Made by a program: the position numbers and the translations under genes. A stretch of 63,999 nt of DNA, counting the filler, from Octopus bimaculoides (taxonomy: Eukaryota), in assembly GCF_001194135.2 (NCBI RefSeq). It is 5 parts of 5 records of this genome, joined end to end, with 100 filler letters (N's around TTAATTAATTAA, not from the genome) between each part and the next. Parts side by side here need not be neighbours in the genome. Positions count along the whole stretch, not along the records: positions 26,317 to 54,333 come from NC_068982.1; 4 more parts are not named here. One strand, written 5' to 3'. Numbering within the stretch: the first letter of the stretch is position 1; each line of letters opens with the position of its first letter. This document shows positions 40,290-53,037 of the stretch, piece by piece. Under the pieces are notes generated by a model. That model ran no database searches. It saw only the letters and a program-made list of their open reading frames with translations, and had not been told where the DNA came from.

Positions 40290-40655
40290 CTGATGCTAGT
40301 GTCGCGTAACTAGCACCTGTGCTGGTGGCATGTAAAAAGAGCCTTTTGAGCGTTGGGCCTCATAGAACAAGGACAAATGACTGAGACCTTCAGAAATATG
40401 TCATGTTTGAGAAGTAGACTCATCAAGCCAAGTGAAATTGTAGTCATGGTAGATACTGGTGCCATGCAACTGGCACCTGTGCTGGTGGCATGTAAAAGCA
40501 CCCATTACACTCTTGGAGTGGTTGGCATTCAGAAGGGCATCCAGCCATAGAAACCATGCCAAATCAGACTGGAGTCTGGTGCAGCCCCTCAGCTTAAAAG
40601 CCCTGGTCAAACCTTCCAACCCATGCCAGCATGGACAATTGATGTTAAATGATGA

Positions 40656-40660
<5 letters not shown>
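40290..40660 (+). mobile_element. RTE 3'UTR variant with (GAT)n tail
   Basis: Two array-like units, gaagggcatccagc, ccatgccagcatgg. Confidence 0.75.
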
Positions 40661-40695
<35 letters not shown>

Positions 40696-41004
40696 NNNNN
40701 NNNNNNNNNNNNNNNNNNNNNNNNNNNNNNNNNNNNNNNNNNNNNNNNNNNNNNNNNNNNNNNNNNNNNNNNNNNNNNNNNNNNNNNNNNNNNNNNNNNN
40801 NNNNNNNNNNNNNNNNNNNNNNNNNNNNNNNNNNNNNNNNNNNNNNNNNNNNNNNNNNNNNNNNNNNNNNNNNNNNNNNNNNNNNNNNNNNNNNNNNNNN
40901 NNNNNNNNNNNNNNNNNNNNNNNNNNNNNNNNNNNNNNNNNNNNNNNNNNNNNNNNNNNNNNNNNNNNNNNNNNNNNNNNNNNNNNNNNNNNNNNNATAT
41001 ACTA

Positions 41005-41038
<34 letters not shown>

Positions 41039-41046
41039 TAGAAATT

Positions 41047-41455
41047 ATCTAATTATAAATCTCACAAAGAAAATTATGCAGCAGTGTTACGATAAAGCAG
41101 TTGTATACTGTCAACTTAATGTGACAGTCCCAATAAGGGAATCATACTGCTGCTATTTAGCCCTAGGAAGCTGGACCGCTTCCTGTTGGCCTTGACACAT
41201 TTCTTGTGTCCTTATATTTGCGAGGGGGAGACAAGCACCCCCACCCAGCCTAGTGTGTATTCAGAGACATGTTTCTGAGTCATTGCTTGTCATCAGCCTG
41301 AAGTAGCAACACCAGCTGGCTGAAGATGTTTGTCAAACCCTCGCAAATATGTGTATTTTTAGTGAAAACACATTCACAGATTACAAAAATCATAAATGAT
41401 CTAATTATAAATATCACTGAGAGAATTAAGCAGCAGTGTTACGATAAAGCTAACA
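41047..41455 (-). mobile_element. Probable Penelope terminal repeat with partial tandem duplication
   Basis: A ~52-bp direct repeat at 41047 and 41399 (period 352) encloses a hammerhead-like motif. Confidence 0.55.
41260..41302 (-). ncRNA. Minimal type I hammerhead ribozyme-like motif
   Basis: Minus strand: ttcagg-CTGATGA-c-aag-caatga-ctc-a-GAAA-CATG-TC-tctgaa. 6-bp stem I, palindromic ACATGT stem III, one mismatch in stem II. Confidence 0.65.
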
Positions 41456-41717
41456 CTTTTCTGAGCTATCAAATGGTGCACCAATCAATTTTCTGCTTAT
41501 TCAGGACAAAGGTTTTGCACTTTATGTTTTATTCATGTAACTGTGCTTCTCAGTGAACAATTTAGCTCATCTTCTACAATAACTATCAATCCAAGACTCT
41601 TTATATAAGGCTTCATCTGCCTTATGTGTTCATTTTTGAACTAATGTGAATGTTCAGTCTAGGTGATGGTGGCTCTTATAAATGAGCTACATTTTTTGGT
41701 GTTACTGTCATTTTCAT

Positions 41718-42731
41718 TATTACCTCTGCTGGTGACAAAGGGCCTCTCACTCAGTGTAAAAGGTAGACTGTATGATGCATGTGTGCAAACAGCCATGCTA
41801 CACGGCAGTGAAACATGGGCTGTGACTGCTGAGGACATGCATAAGCTTGCAAAGAATGAAGCTAGTATGCTCTGCTGGATGTGTAATGTCAGTGTGCTTA
41901 CACGGCAGAGTGTAAGCGCCCTGAGAGAAAAGTTGGATATAGGAAGCATCAGATGTGGTGTGCAAGAGAAACGACTGCGCTGGTATGGTCATGTGTTGCA
42001 TATGGATGAGGACAGCTGTGTGAAAAAGTGTCACACCCTAGCAGCAGAGGGAACCTGTGGAAGAGGTAGACCCAGGAAGCCATGGGACGAGGTAGTGAAG
42101 CATGACCTTCGGACATTGGACCTCACTGAGGTGATGACAAGTGACTGAGACCTTCGGAGATATGCTGTGCTTGAGAAGACCCAGCAAGCCAAGTGAGACC
42201 ATAACCGTGGTCTATGCCAGTGCAACATAACCAGCCCATTTGAGTACCCTTCAATCATTGGGCAACAAACTGCACTTGCGAAGACCTGTTGAGGCAAATG
42301 AAGTCGTTGTCATGGTTAATGACATTACTGCCTGATTAGCACCTGTGCCGTTGGCATGTAAGAAAGCACCATTTGAGCATGGTCAATACCAGTACCAGCT
42401 GACTGGTCCTGTGCTGGTGGCATATAAAACGCACCATTCAAGTGTAGTTGTTGCCAGTGCCGCCTGACTGGTTCCCATGCTGGTGGCACGTAAAAAGCAG
42501 CATTCAAGTGTGGTCGATGCCTGTATCGCCTGACTGGCCCTTGTGCCGGTGGCACGTAAAAAGTACTTACTACACTCTTGGAGTGGTTGGTGTTCAGAAG
42601 GGCATCCAGCTGTAGAAACTTTGCAGGTTGGATTGGAGCCTGTTGCAGCCTTCTGGCTTACCAGCCCTCAGTCAAACCGTCCAACCCATGCCAGCATGGA
42701 AAGCGGATGTTAAACGATGATGATGATGATG
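41718..42731 (+). mobile_element. RTE LINE 3' kilobase with 4-unit 3'UTR array
   Basis: KGRLYDACVQTAMLHGSETW..RLRWYGHVLHM..GRPRKPWDEVV, array at 42333-42565, (GAT)n tail. Confidence 0.92.
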
Positions 42732-43220
42732 CGCTTTTCTTATTCTTTTTGTTTCTGTTATTGTTGATGATGCTGTTGCGTGTTTCATATCATTTTTTAC
42801 TGACATTCTCAATCTTTTTGTTGTTGGTCTTGTTGATGTTAACATTTTTATTTTCTTCACCTATTTCCCTTCTTGTTATAGTGTTGTTAGCACTATTGTT
42901 AGTGTTGTATATACTGTTTGTTGATAAGTGACGGATTTATTATTGTTTATAATGGTGTTGTTTTTTTTCTGCCTCACTGCTATGTCACACCATATCATTG
43001 CTGGTGTTGTCAAAGTTAACACTTACACATTTGTTAATTTCTCAATGAAATCTTCAGAAAAAATAACATTTTGCTTTGACAAGCAAAAGTTTCAAGGAAG
43101 ATGACAGCTTTAGCACTACTGTTACTATTCTTTGATTTCAAATGTCAAACTTGTTGACATTTTTGAATAAAATATTTGCCTGTTGATTGCAGATGAGAGG
43201 AAAATAACTATCTTATTAAT

Positions 43221-43655
43221 AGGCGTAGGAGTGGCTGTGTGGTAAGTAGCTTGCTTACCAACCACATGGCTCCGGGTTCAGTCCCACTGCGTAACACCTT
43301 GGGCAAATGTCTTCTACTACAGCCTTGGGCCGACCAAAGCCTTGTGAGTGGATTTGGTAGACGGAAACTGAAAGAAGCCCGTCGTATATATATATATATA
43401 TATATATATATNNNNNNNNNNNNNNNNNNNNNNNNNNNNNNNNNNNNNNNNNNNNNNNNNNNNNNNNNNNNNCTTGACAACCGATGCTGGTGTGTTAACG
43501 CCCCCGTAACTTAGCGGTTCGGCAAAAGAGACCGATAGAATAAGCACTAGGCTTACAAAGAATAAGTCCTGGGGTCGATTTGCTCGACTAAAGGCGGTGC
43601 TCCAGCATGGCCGCAGTCAAATGACTGAAACAAGTAAAAGAGTAAAAGAGAGTAA
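43221..43655 (+). mobile_element. SINE family B, full length, with internal (TA)n and gap
   Basis: tRNA-like head, ccttgggcaa block, internal microsatellite, AGTAAAAG tail repeats. Confidence 0.88.
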
Positions 43656-44254
43656 ATTGATTTATAAGATACAGCAGTTTGAAGGCGAGCAATTTCGGGG
43701 GAGGGGTAAGTCAATTACATTGATCTCAGTACTCAACTGGTACTTATTTTATTGACTCCGAAAAGATGAAAGGCAAAGTTGACCCCAGGTTCATTGAGAC
43801 CTAAGCAATAACTTTCTAACAACTATTTGGCTCCTTTTAACGAAGAAAGCAAAATTTTCGTCTCGTCTATGAGAGTGTTTCTAGACGATCGGCCAGAAAT
43901 AACAGTTAAATCTTCAAATCACACCCTACCATCGTAAAAGAGAAGGTAATCTTATATACAGTATCTTTGACGGATCTTTGGGGTTTGAAGATGAATAGAC
44001 ATGGCTTCAACGTCCCTGTTCATGTGTCTGCTAGATCAGGACTGAGCTAACTTAAGACTGAACAACGTTCTCAAATATGTTATATTTTGTGTGGGAGACA
44101 CTTTGTAAACGACACCGGCTTCCTAATAAAAAGTATAAAACAAACTTCAAAAATATTTTTAAAAAACTTCTTTATGAAAACTGTCAGATGTACATACATC
44201 TATTCGATTAGCAAACATAACATTTGGACGGCAACAGCAGCTCTATATTATTGA

Positions 44255-44262
44255 ACTTCCGG
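44255..44262 (+). promoter_or_regulatory. ETS-type motif ACTTCCGG at candidate internal TMEM181 promoter
   Basis: Exact motif 58 bp upstream of the ATG at 44313, in a CpG-retaining stretch. Confidence 0.5.
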
Positions 44263-44312
44263 GTGGAAAACTGATTTAGGTTAAAAGTTTTGTGGTCTTG
44301 GCGGTTGCCAGC

Positions 44313-44335
44313 ATGGCACCTCGCGAAATTGAAAT
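44313..44335 (+). CDS. TMEM181: Candidate alternative first coding exon of TMEM181 (MAPREIE-I)
   Basis: agcATGG context, consensus donor AT|GTAAGT at 44336, and phase 2, which matches the acceptor at 48059 (gives MAPREIEISVQMRLY...). ETS motif 58 bp upstream. No transcript evidence. Confidence 0.6.
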
Positions 44336-45969
44336 GTAAGTTTAAAATATATAAATAATAAGTATTTATAATTCGTAAAATAAGGTAAGTTGTTGGGGGA
44401 AAGATTCTGTTGTTTGAAATGTCAGAATTCACCTGAAAACGCAACTTATTTTGTTTTACGAAGTTTATGAATAGTTTTTCTTTTGCCTTATTTCTTCTTT
44501 ATATTAGTGAAAGTTTTACGCGAATTTTAAAACTATAATGTTGATTTCCTACCACATGGGGTGATGGTGGTATTAAGTCTTCCCTAGTATATAACTGGTA
44601 TTTATCTTATCAATCATATGCAATGTATTATTTATCAAAAAGTTAGGGAACACGAATATCTGCAAACTTAGGAGTGACAACATTCAGTCTCACAAATACT
44701 TCTACTTTTGTAAGTTCATACACCCACTTGTTGATACGTCAAGGGTGGACGAACATTACAGTCTGGTTTCGAACTCGCACATCTTTATTGTGTCAAATAA
44801 CCCTACGAAAACACTACTATCGTCATTTGTTATAATTTGTGTGTATGCAACACACACACACACACTGTGTTTTATGTTTAAGTATACATGAAGCCCGTGA
44901 AACCTTAACTAAAGAAGCACACGATACATATAGGTAGAGCTAAATAGGAAAAATAGTGACAGTGACCTCGAAGTTTCGGTGGTACTCGGCCTCGTTATTT
45001 CAAATAAGTGTCAGCGTTTTCCCCTACATTTTTTTTTATTAAACTCCTAACAGAAATAAATAAATTTATTTATTAAATAAATAAAACAATTTATCTGTAA
45101 GAAGTTCTAATGAAAGCTTTGTAGTGTATTATAGAGTTAGTAAAAGACAGGGAGAAAATTGTGTTGTAAAGATAAAAATACAAGTTATTTTGGGTATCTT
45201 ATTTGATTAACTTATTTCGTTTTACTACGGTTCTTGAAGAAATACACAACTCGTTCTTAACGTTGTCTTAAGCTTTGCATAGAAACAATCAAAATATTCT
45301 CTTTTACATTACATTTTGGCCTTATATCGAAAGAATGCCTACTTTAATTTCTTTGGTTTTGCATTGACATGTTCTTCGTTTATACACACACACACTTATA
45401 TATGCACCTTTTCTGCTTTATGATATATAAATATGTGCACAAAGTACATATCAAACTCTGTTTTTACAGCTAACTAACCTCACGAACCAAATTTTACTTG
45501 TCAAAATTTTGTGTTACTTCATAATTAAAAGCAGACATGGGCTAACTGCCGTCCACGGGACTTAACGAAAAATTACCTTGAAGTTTTTTTAGCAGTGTGA
45601 CTAAGTGGTTCGCTTCTCGAAAAAGAGTTGCCCGTGTTTGATTTAGGGCGTGAAGTTAGGTACAAAATAAATGTAAAGTAATTCTAAGGTATATTCCGTG
45701 ATTTTTTAAAGAATACCAATGATACAGAGAGGTGGGGCAAGTTTCAGGTAAAATACTAATCAATAATATATTCCATAAAATATGAATCCGTTTTTCTACT
45801 CACTATATTTACTTCGTGTGTGAAATTATAATGTATTTTTATTTAGTATGTAGAGCTTTCTCCCGAGCTTATTTTCCCTCTGACATATTATTTATACTCT
45901 TAAACAACATCACAACATTCTCTTTATTTTTACATTATGTATATATATATAAACATTTCTTTTCATTAT

Positions 45970-46345
45970 TTTGCTTCTTTCAGTCATTTGACTGCGGCCA
46001 TGCTAGGGTACCGCTTCGGAGGGTTTTAGTGGAACAAATCGACCCCAAGACTTATTTTGTTTTTTAAACCTGGTGCTTATTCTATCGGTCACTATTTGCC
46101 GAACCGCTAAGTTACGGGGACGTAAATACAGCACCTGTTGCCAAGCGGTGGTGGGGGATAGATATAAACACACACACACACACACACACACGACGGGCTT
46201 TTAATTTCCGTCTATCAAATCCACTCACAAGGCTTTGATCGGCTCGAGGCTATAGTAGAAGACACTTGCCCAAAGTACCACACATTGGGACTGAACCCGG
46301 AACCATGTGGTTGGGAAGCAATTTTCTTACTACACAGCCACGCCT
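45970..46345 (-). mobile_element. SINE family B, full length, with internal (CA)n
   Basis: Reverse complement of 43221-43655. Confidence 0.85.
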
Positions 46346-47603
46346 GCGCCAAAAATGTAAAAATGACAATTCAGTCTCCAGCACATACTTATCTCAGTTG
46401 ATAATTCCAAATTTTTTCAGCAAAGCATTTTCTGTTCAGTTGTCAATATTGTGATCNNNNNNNNNNNNNNNNNNNNNNNNNNNNNNNNNNNNNNNNNNNN
46501 NNNNNNNNNNNNNNNNNNNNNNNNNNNNNNNNNNNNNNNNNNNNNNNNNNNNNNNNNNNNNNNNNNNNNNNNNNNNNNNNNNNNNNNNNNNNNNNNNNNN
46601 NNNNNNNNNNNNNNNNNNNNNNNNNNNNNNNNNNNNNNNNNNNNNNNNNNNNNNNNNNNNNNATATATAAAAATAATATAAATATATCTGCATACGTATA
46701 TATGTATATGTACATACTTAAATCTATACGTATGCATATATGAATATGTGGGCACAGGACGTCACGAAACGTGTACAACAAAAAATACGAAGTACGAGTA
46801 CATGGAATATGAATTATTTTTTTTAACAACGTTAAACACAAATGGAAAACAACATAAAGAATGACCTTTCATCAGTTGGCTGTTTTTCTACTCTCGTATT
46901 TTGAGCATTTCACAAGATATGCTTTCAATAAAACAGTTGCTCCCGCAAAGCAAATTAAATAAAATTTGGGATTTTGTGGAGGGTCAAAATTGGTAACAAA
47001 AACAGGACAGTGAAAACAAACAGAAAGGGCTGCTAAGCCTAAACAAGGTTATATATATATGTATATGCTGATGGCAGGTTCATTGTGTCCGAAGATCAAG
47101 AGAAAGAGTGGCACACCCTCAAATGACTATGTAAACCGATTCTTGATGCTGCATGGGCATATCTTCCTGCCTGCACTTATTAGTTTTAAAGTGGAAATCA
47201 GTCTGCACAATCTGATCCCACTTTTTAGACTTGGAGGTCTGACCAGAGTGGCTTAGCAGGCTAAGACAGTTGTGGTGACCAGCAAACTGTAGACATTGGA
47301 GTGGCCTTTTAGGTGAATTGCCTTACAGGGCTGGAAAGCTTCACCTATCAGGAAGGGTGTCAAATAGGGCACCAGACTGCCTTGATTTGCTGTCAGGGTT
47401 GACTCCTCTAATCTTTTCCTTTCCCAAGGCACTCACAAGGTAGTGAGGGTTTGAATTTGATATTTCTTCCATAACATGCTAATTAACCTGTAGCTGGGAC
47501 CCTGGCAGGTGCTACTACTTCTGGGAACAATAGCAGCTTGGAGGTGGTTCCACACACCTTGAAACCCTAGAACTTTCAGACCAGGGCCCAACTACTGCCA
47601 GGA

Positions 47604-47880
47604 CATCATCATCATCATCATCATCATCGTTTAACGTCCGCTTTCCATGCTAGCATGGGTTGGACGATTTGACTGAGGACTGGTGAAACCGGATGGCAAC
47701 ACCAGGCTCCAGTCTGATTTGGCAGAGTTTCTACAGCTGGATGCCCTTCCTAACGCCAACCACTCAGAGAGTGTAGTGGGTGCTTTTACGTGTCACCCGC
47801 ACGAAAACGGCCACGCTCGAAATGGTGTCTTTTATGTGCCACCCGCACAAGCCAGTCCAGGGGCACTGGCAACGATCTCG

Positions 47881-47881
<1 letters not shown>
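47604..47881 (-). mobile_element. 5'-truncated RTE 3'UTR copy
   Basis: Near-identical to 37924-38250. Confidence 0.9.
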
Positions 47882-47949
<68 letters not shown>

Positions 47950-48058
47950 TGCTATTCCTTGTTGCTTTTATGAATGTGTAATCTTGTTTACTTAACATAT
48001 CTGAATATATCTTGAAGCTGATTTTAAATAATATTTGTTCATATATTTTTCACCACAG

Positions 48059-48162
48059 ATCAGTTCAGATGCGACTATACAGTCTCAATAAACGGCAGTT
48101 TGTTTTGGTCTTTGCCACTTTCTTTCTTTTCTTTGGAGTCAGTGTTCTTATAGGTGTAGCAG
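48059..48162 (+). CDS. TMEM181: TMEM181 internal exon: SVQMRLYSLNKRQFVLVFATFFLFFGVSVLIGVA-G (first hydrophobic segment)
   Basis: tttttcaccacAG acceptor and G|GTATGT donor, phase 2 to 1, 104 nt. Closely matches recalled human TMEM181 MRLYTLSKRHFVLVFVVFFICFGLTIFVGIRGP. Confidence 0.93.
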
Positions 48163-48363
48163 GTATGTATCTTTGATAAATCTTAACTATTGCTTATATA
48201 TCTTCTAAAGTCAGTACATTAACTTATTTAAACCAACTAAGCAGCTTATGTGGTTATTCAACCTACTATGTATAGCTGCTAAAATATCTCATTTAATGTT
48301 TGTCTTCCATGCTGACATGGGTTGAAAAATAACTGAAAAAAACCCTGTAAAAGGGTGGATGAA

Positions 48364-48433
<70 letters not shown>

Positions 48434-49140
48434 ACAGACTGTCTATAACTCTTGTCTACCAAATTCACTCACAAGGTATAACAGAAGATACTTGCCCAAG
48501 ATTCTGTGCTGTAGGACTGAACCCTCAGTCCACATAGTTGTAAAATGAACTTTATAACCATACAGCTATGCCTGCACCTATGTATATATTGGATAAATAA
48601 TATGCAGTTACTTGTTCTGCGAGTAATAGCAGCTAAATCTCCTTCAATTCACTTTTTCAAAAAAAGGAATAACACATTAGATATTCTGTTGTGTCTGGGG
48701 AGAGTCATTCTCTTTTAGTGCCTTATAATTTAACACACTCACCAGTAAAATTTCCACTCATTTACTCTGTCTGTTGTTCACACTGTTCTTTTTGTTTGTT
48801 TGTGTGCATGTGTGTGTGCATACACATGTATGTATGCATGCATGTGTGTGTATGCATGTGTGTGTGTGTGTGTGTGTACCCCTGCCTCCTTGTGTGTATG
48901 TGTGTGTGTATGTTTGTGTGTGTATGGGTTTTTTGCAACTATGTACTGTGTTTGTATGTATGGATGTGTATCTCCATATGTGTGGACGTGTGTCTCCATG
49001 TGTCCTTGTGTGAAGTAAAGTGTCTGAGTAAACATATCTACTGGATCAACAACAATTTCATCTGTTTGAAATGGCTTGAAAAGGTTATGTAGACTGTCTA
49101 TACTCCATGTTAAATTAAATAAATTGAAAATAAGCTAAAG

Positions 49141-49336
49141 TCATCATCATCGTTTAACGTCTGCTTTCCATGCTAGCATGGGTTGGACGATTTGACTGAG
49201 GACTGGTGAACCAGATGGCTACACCAGGCTCCAATCTGATTTGGCTGAGTTTCTACAGCTGGATGCCCTTCCTAATGCCAACCATTCCGAGAGTGTAGTG
49301 GGTGCTTTTACGTGCCACCGGCACGAAGGCCAGTCA
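49141..49336 (-). mobile_element. 5'-truncated RTE 3'UTR copy
   Basis: Near-identical to 37924-38130; ends at ..ggccagtca. Confidence 0.9.
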
Positions 49337-49649
49337 TATTTTAAAAGAGATCGTTGTGGCATTCATGCCTTTCTCAAAGGTATTTGAAGTCTAAGTAAAA
49401 TGAAACAGATTCTTATGAATATCGAAGTATATGTCTGGCTCCTTGACATTCGCCATTGAATTATATCTATTAACTTGATACTTTCTTGATATTTTCCTTG
49501 AAAGTTTCAGTTAAAAGTAAGGGGAGTTAATCAGAGGTTATACATCATCATCATTTAACATTTCTCTTCCATGGTGGCATGGGTTGGATGGTTTGATAGG
49601 AGCTGGCAAGCCTCATGGAGCCAAATCAAACTGGTTTAAATAATAATTA

Positions 49650-49808
49650 TATGCATATGGATGAGGACAGTTGTATAAAGAAGTGCCAGTCACTTAATGT
49701 GGATGGAGCTTGTGGCTGAGGGAGATGCAGGAAGATATAGGATAAAGTAGTGAAAGTTGATCTCACAACCGTGGTGATGACAAAGGGCTGGGATGACTAG
49801 TGATAGGC
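49650..49808 (+). mobile_element. Old RTE ORF2 C-terminal fragment
   Basis: MHMDEDSCIKKCQSL.., homologous to 42000-42150. Confidence 0.65.
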
Positions 49809-49862
49809 AAGTTTTGAGAAGACCCACTCTCGTGACACTGAGCTCTGGTAGAGCTATCTCTC

Positions 49863-49895
<33 letters not shown>

Positions 49896-49896
49896 C

Positions 49897-49935
<39 letters not shown>

Positions 49936-52181
49936 TCCATGGGTTGGAATATGCACAACTGGGCTCTTCACCCAATTTCCTGCCTTCTCACCACCATCAC
50001 CTTAACTGCAGCTCTTCCTTGATACCACTTTTATTACTATCCACAACAACTTCACTTGTTATTCACATTTCATCAATATCATTCTCTGTACCCATATTCT
50101 CATTAACCCCTTTACCCCACTACTACTGAGCCACCAAATTGTCTCTCTACCCCAACCACTATACATCTCTAACCCTCTTCAAACACTACACCTGTCACTC
50201 TTCCCCACTCATTCCTGTAACCTATCCAAGATTATCCCCCTCTTATTCTTCTCCTATCTGCTATTTTATGATTTCTGTTCTGCTGCTTTACACTGTCATT
50301 CATTTCCTACTTTCTCAGTTTCTACCCCACTCATTTTTACCCATGTTGTACCTTTAGTGTCCACCCCAACACTTCATCACCATTATTTTTAATTGCTTCA
50401 TTGCTTCCCATCTCCTACCCTCTTGACCACTCCTACCCTCTCTTCTAAAATTTAAGCAGTCATGTAACTCTTCTGTAGCAAGAAACCTGTTCTGCTCTAG
50501 CCTCTTTTCTCATACTTCTACCCTTCATCTCATAGCATAAAGATGCCCCCTTGAGTTATGTAACCTTGCACACTGCATGGTAACTTCACTAGTGCTGGTG
50601 GCAATGAAAATAATCACCCAGCATATGCTGTAAAGTGGTTGCTGTTAGGGTTTCTACCACTGCTTTAGAAACCATGCCACAGTAGACACTGGAATGTGAA
50701 GCAGTCCTTGGGCCCATTGTATCTTGTCAAACTGTTCAGCCCATCAGATGGAACATGCATGTTAAATGATGACGATGGTATATACATATATTTGGCAGTT
50801 CTCTTAAATAATTTTGATAAATAGGTTTGTGTTCATGTGATAAATTACTTAACTGTTTGAGTTGTGTCATATTTGTGTGATCAATTTCTTAACTGACTGT
50901 TTTATGTCATATATTATATGAATCCTCTACCTGACTGGTTTTATATATTGTCCTGTACTTGCTCAGCTTGTCCATCTATCCTCTCAATAGGAGAAAGAAA
51001 GAGAGAGAGAGAGAAGCCTTTTTAGTCTTACTAAGAACCATGACTCTGAAGTGCTGGTATCACAATAAAATGCACCCAGTATACCTTGTAAATAGTTGGT
51101 AATAGGAAGGTATCCAGCTATAGAAGACCTACCAAAAATGTAACGCATGAGAAAGATGTGGTTTCCAATATGTCTAGCAGAGCAGTAACCCCAAATAAGA
51201 ACTGATGAGGTCCATGACAATTCATGCAGTAGTTTATCCATATGAAGTGTAGTGTGACATTGTAGGCATGTCACACAGCCTTTACTGTTCAGTCATTTGC
51301 TGTGTAGCAGTACATTTTGGTGGTAGCCTTTACAGTAGAAGGTAACATTGCAACAATAGTTGTTTCTTTGCATTAATCACTGATATCAGTGATTGAGGTT
51401 GACTCTTTGTCTTAAATTTGAGATATATTGTGACAACCAAAAGTGCAAAATAAGTTTTAGAGCTGAAGGAGTTTTAGTGAAGTTATTGGTTCTGCTACTA
51501 TTTTTGTGTTTTTTGTTTGTGTGTGTACTGTTTTTGGAATGGTATTCTGGAGTGATGCAGTTATATATCACTCAAAAACAAGGTACCTCTAAGCGATCAT
51601 TTGACTTGCTCTAATTATCCTTCATAAAAAGCTGAGATGGTCATTACTGGAAGATCTTTGATCAAAGGTCTGTTATATTGGAGCTAATGAGTTAATATAG
51701 GATTAAATAACAACCACATACCACACAAAGCAAAAACAAGTTCATGCATTATTAAGAGAGGGTTTGTATATTACCCCAAACTGTCGTATACTCCTCTCCT
51801 AGACTTACATAACATCATCATTGATTAACGTCCTCCTTTCATGCTGGCATGGGTTTGACAGGAGCTGACCAAGCAGGACACTGTACCAGACTTCTGTGTC
51901 TGTTTTGGCAGGTTTGTTTTAGCTGGATGCCCTTCCTAACACCATCTACCCTGCAGAGTGGTCTGAGTGTTTTTTACGTGGCACAAGCACAGGTGAGGTC
52001 AGTTTGGCATGGTTTTTACAGCTGGATGCCCTTTCAAATGCCATCCTCTTTACAGTGTGGACTGGATGCTTTTTAAGTGGCACCAGCACATGAAAAACAA
52101 TCAGTTACACATTACTTCCCCCTCCCTTCAGCTTTTATCAAGTTATGAAATAATTATAGGAATTTTTCTTTATCTTTCAAG

Positions 52182-52249
52182 GTCCCCCTATTATTGAAAC
52201 AATCTCCCAAAATGCTTCTTCACTGCGTCAGGTAACCCCAGATTTAAAG
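52182..52249 (+). CDS. TMEM181: TMEM181 internal exon: GPPIIETISQNASSLRQ(VTPDLK)
   Basis: tttctttatctttcaAG acceptor. The phase-1 start completes GP after VAG. Two in-frame phase-0 donors: CAG|GTAACC (exon end 52231) and AAG|GTTTGT (exon end 52249). Confidence 0.82.
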
Positions 52250-52965
52250 GTTTGTGATATAATCATATTTTCATACTTTTTCAGAAGTTTATTAGGTCAC
52301 ACTTGGTAGAGAATCAATACAACCAGATTTGATGTTTTACATTATTCTGCTAAACAGCAGAAGGTATAGAGGTACCCTTGGCAAAGGAATACCAAGATGA
52401 AGTCAGATTTTAGGATGTTTATTCTTATAAAGATAACACATGATAGGGTGGTGTGCTGGTATTTTGTACTGCAGCCCCATTAAACTTAACCAATGAGGAG
52501 ACCTCAATGTGGTCACTCAATCTGCTTGAAATAACACTGTTTCCTTCAGATCACACGCTGTCATCTCAAAAAAGAAGTCATGACTAGAATGTCTTTCATA
52601 ATAATTCTTGATCACAGTTGACTTAGATCTAGATGACCTTTGTCAATGTCAGTATCGAAAAAAGTAATGTGATACCATTGTTATGTTAATATTATTACTT
52701 GCATTTTGCATGCTTGCACATAATTGGGTCTATTTAAGGTGGCTGCTAATTTGATGTAACAGCTTGGCTATTCAGTTGCATAAAACTTCTGAATGAAAAG
52801 AATCATGTGAGACAGTGTCTGTTGACATAAATATTGTACAGCACAGCAATGGCAATGTCAGTTAATAGTAATTTTCAATCAATAATTCAGATGTGACAAG
52901 CTTGAATGCAATGTTTTGCTGCTGCATGGAAAATGAAATGTTTAGATACTATTGATATATAACTA

Positions 52966-53037
<72 letters not shown>

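Noticed and set aside
43221-43300. tRNA genes
   Set aside because: The A/B-box-like heads belong to SINEs; no complete cloverleaf was found.
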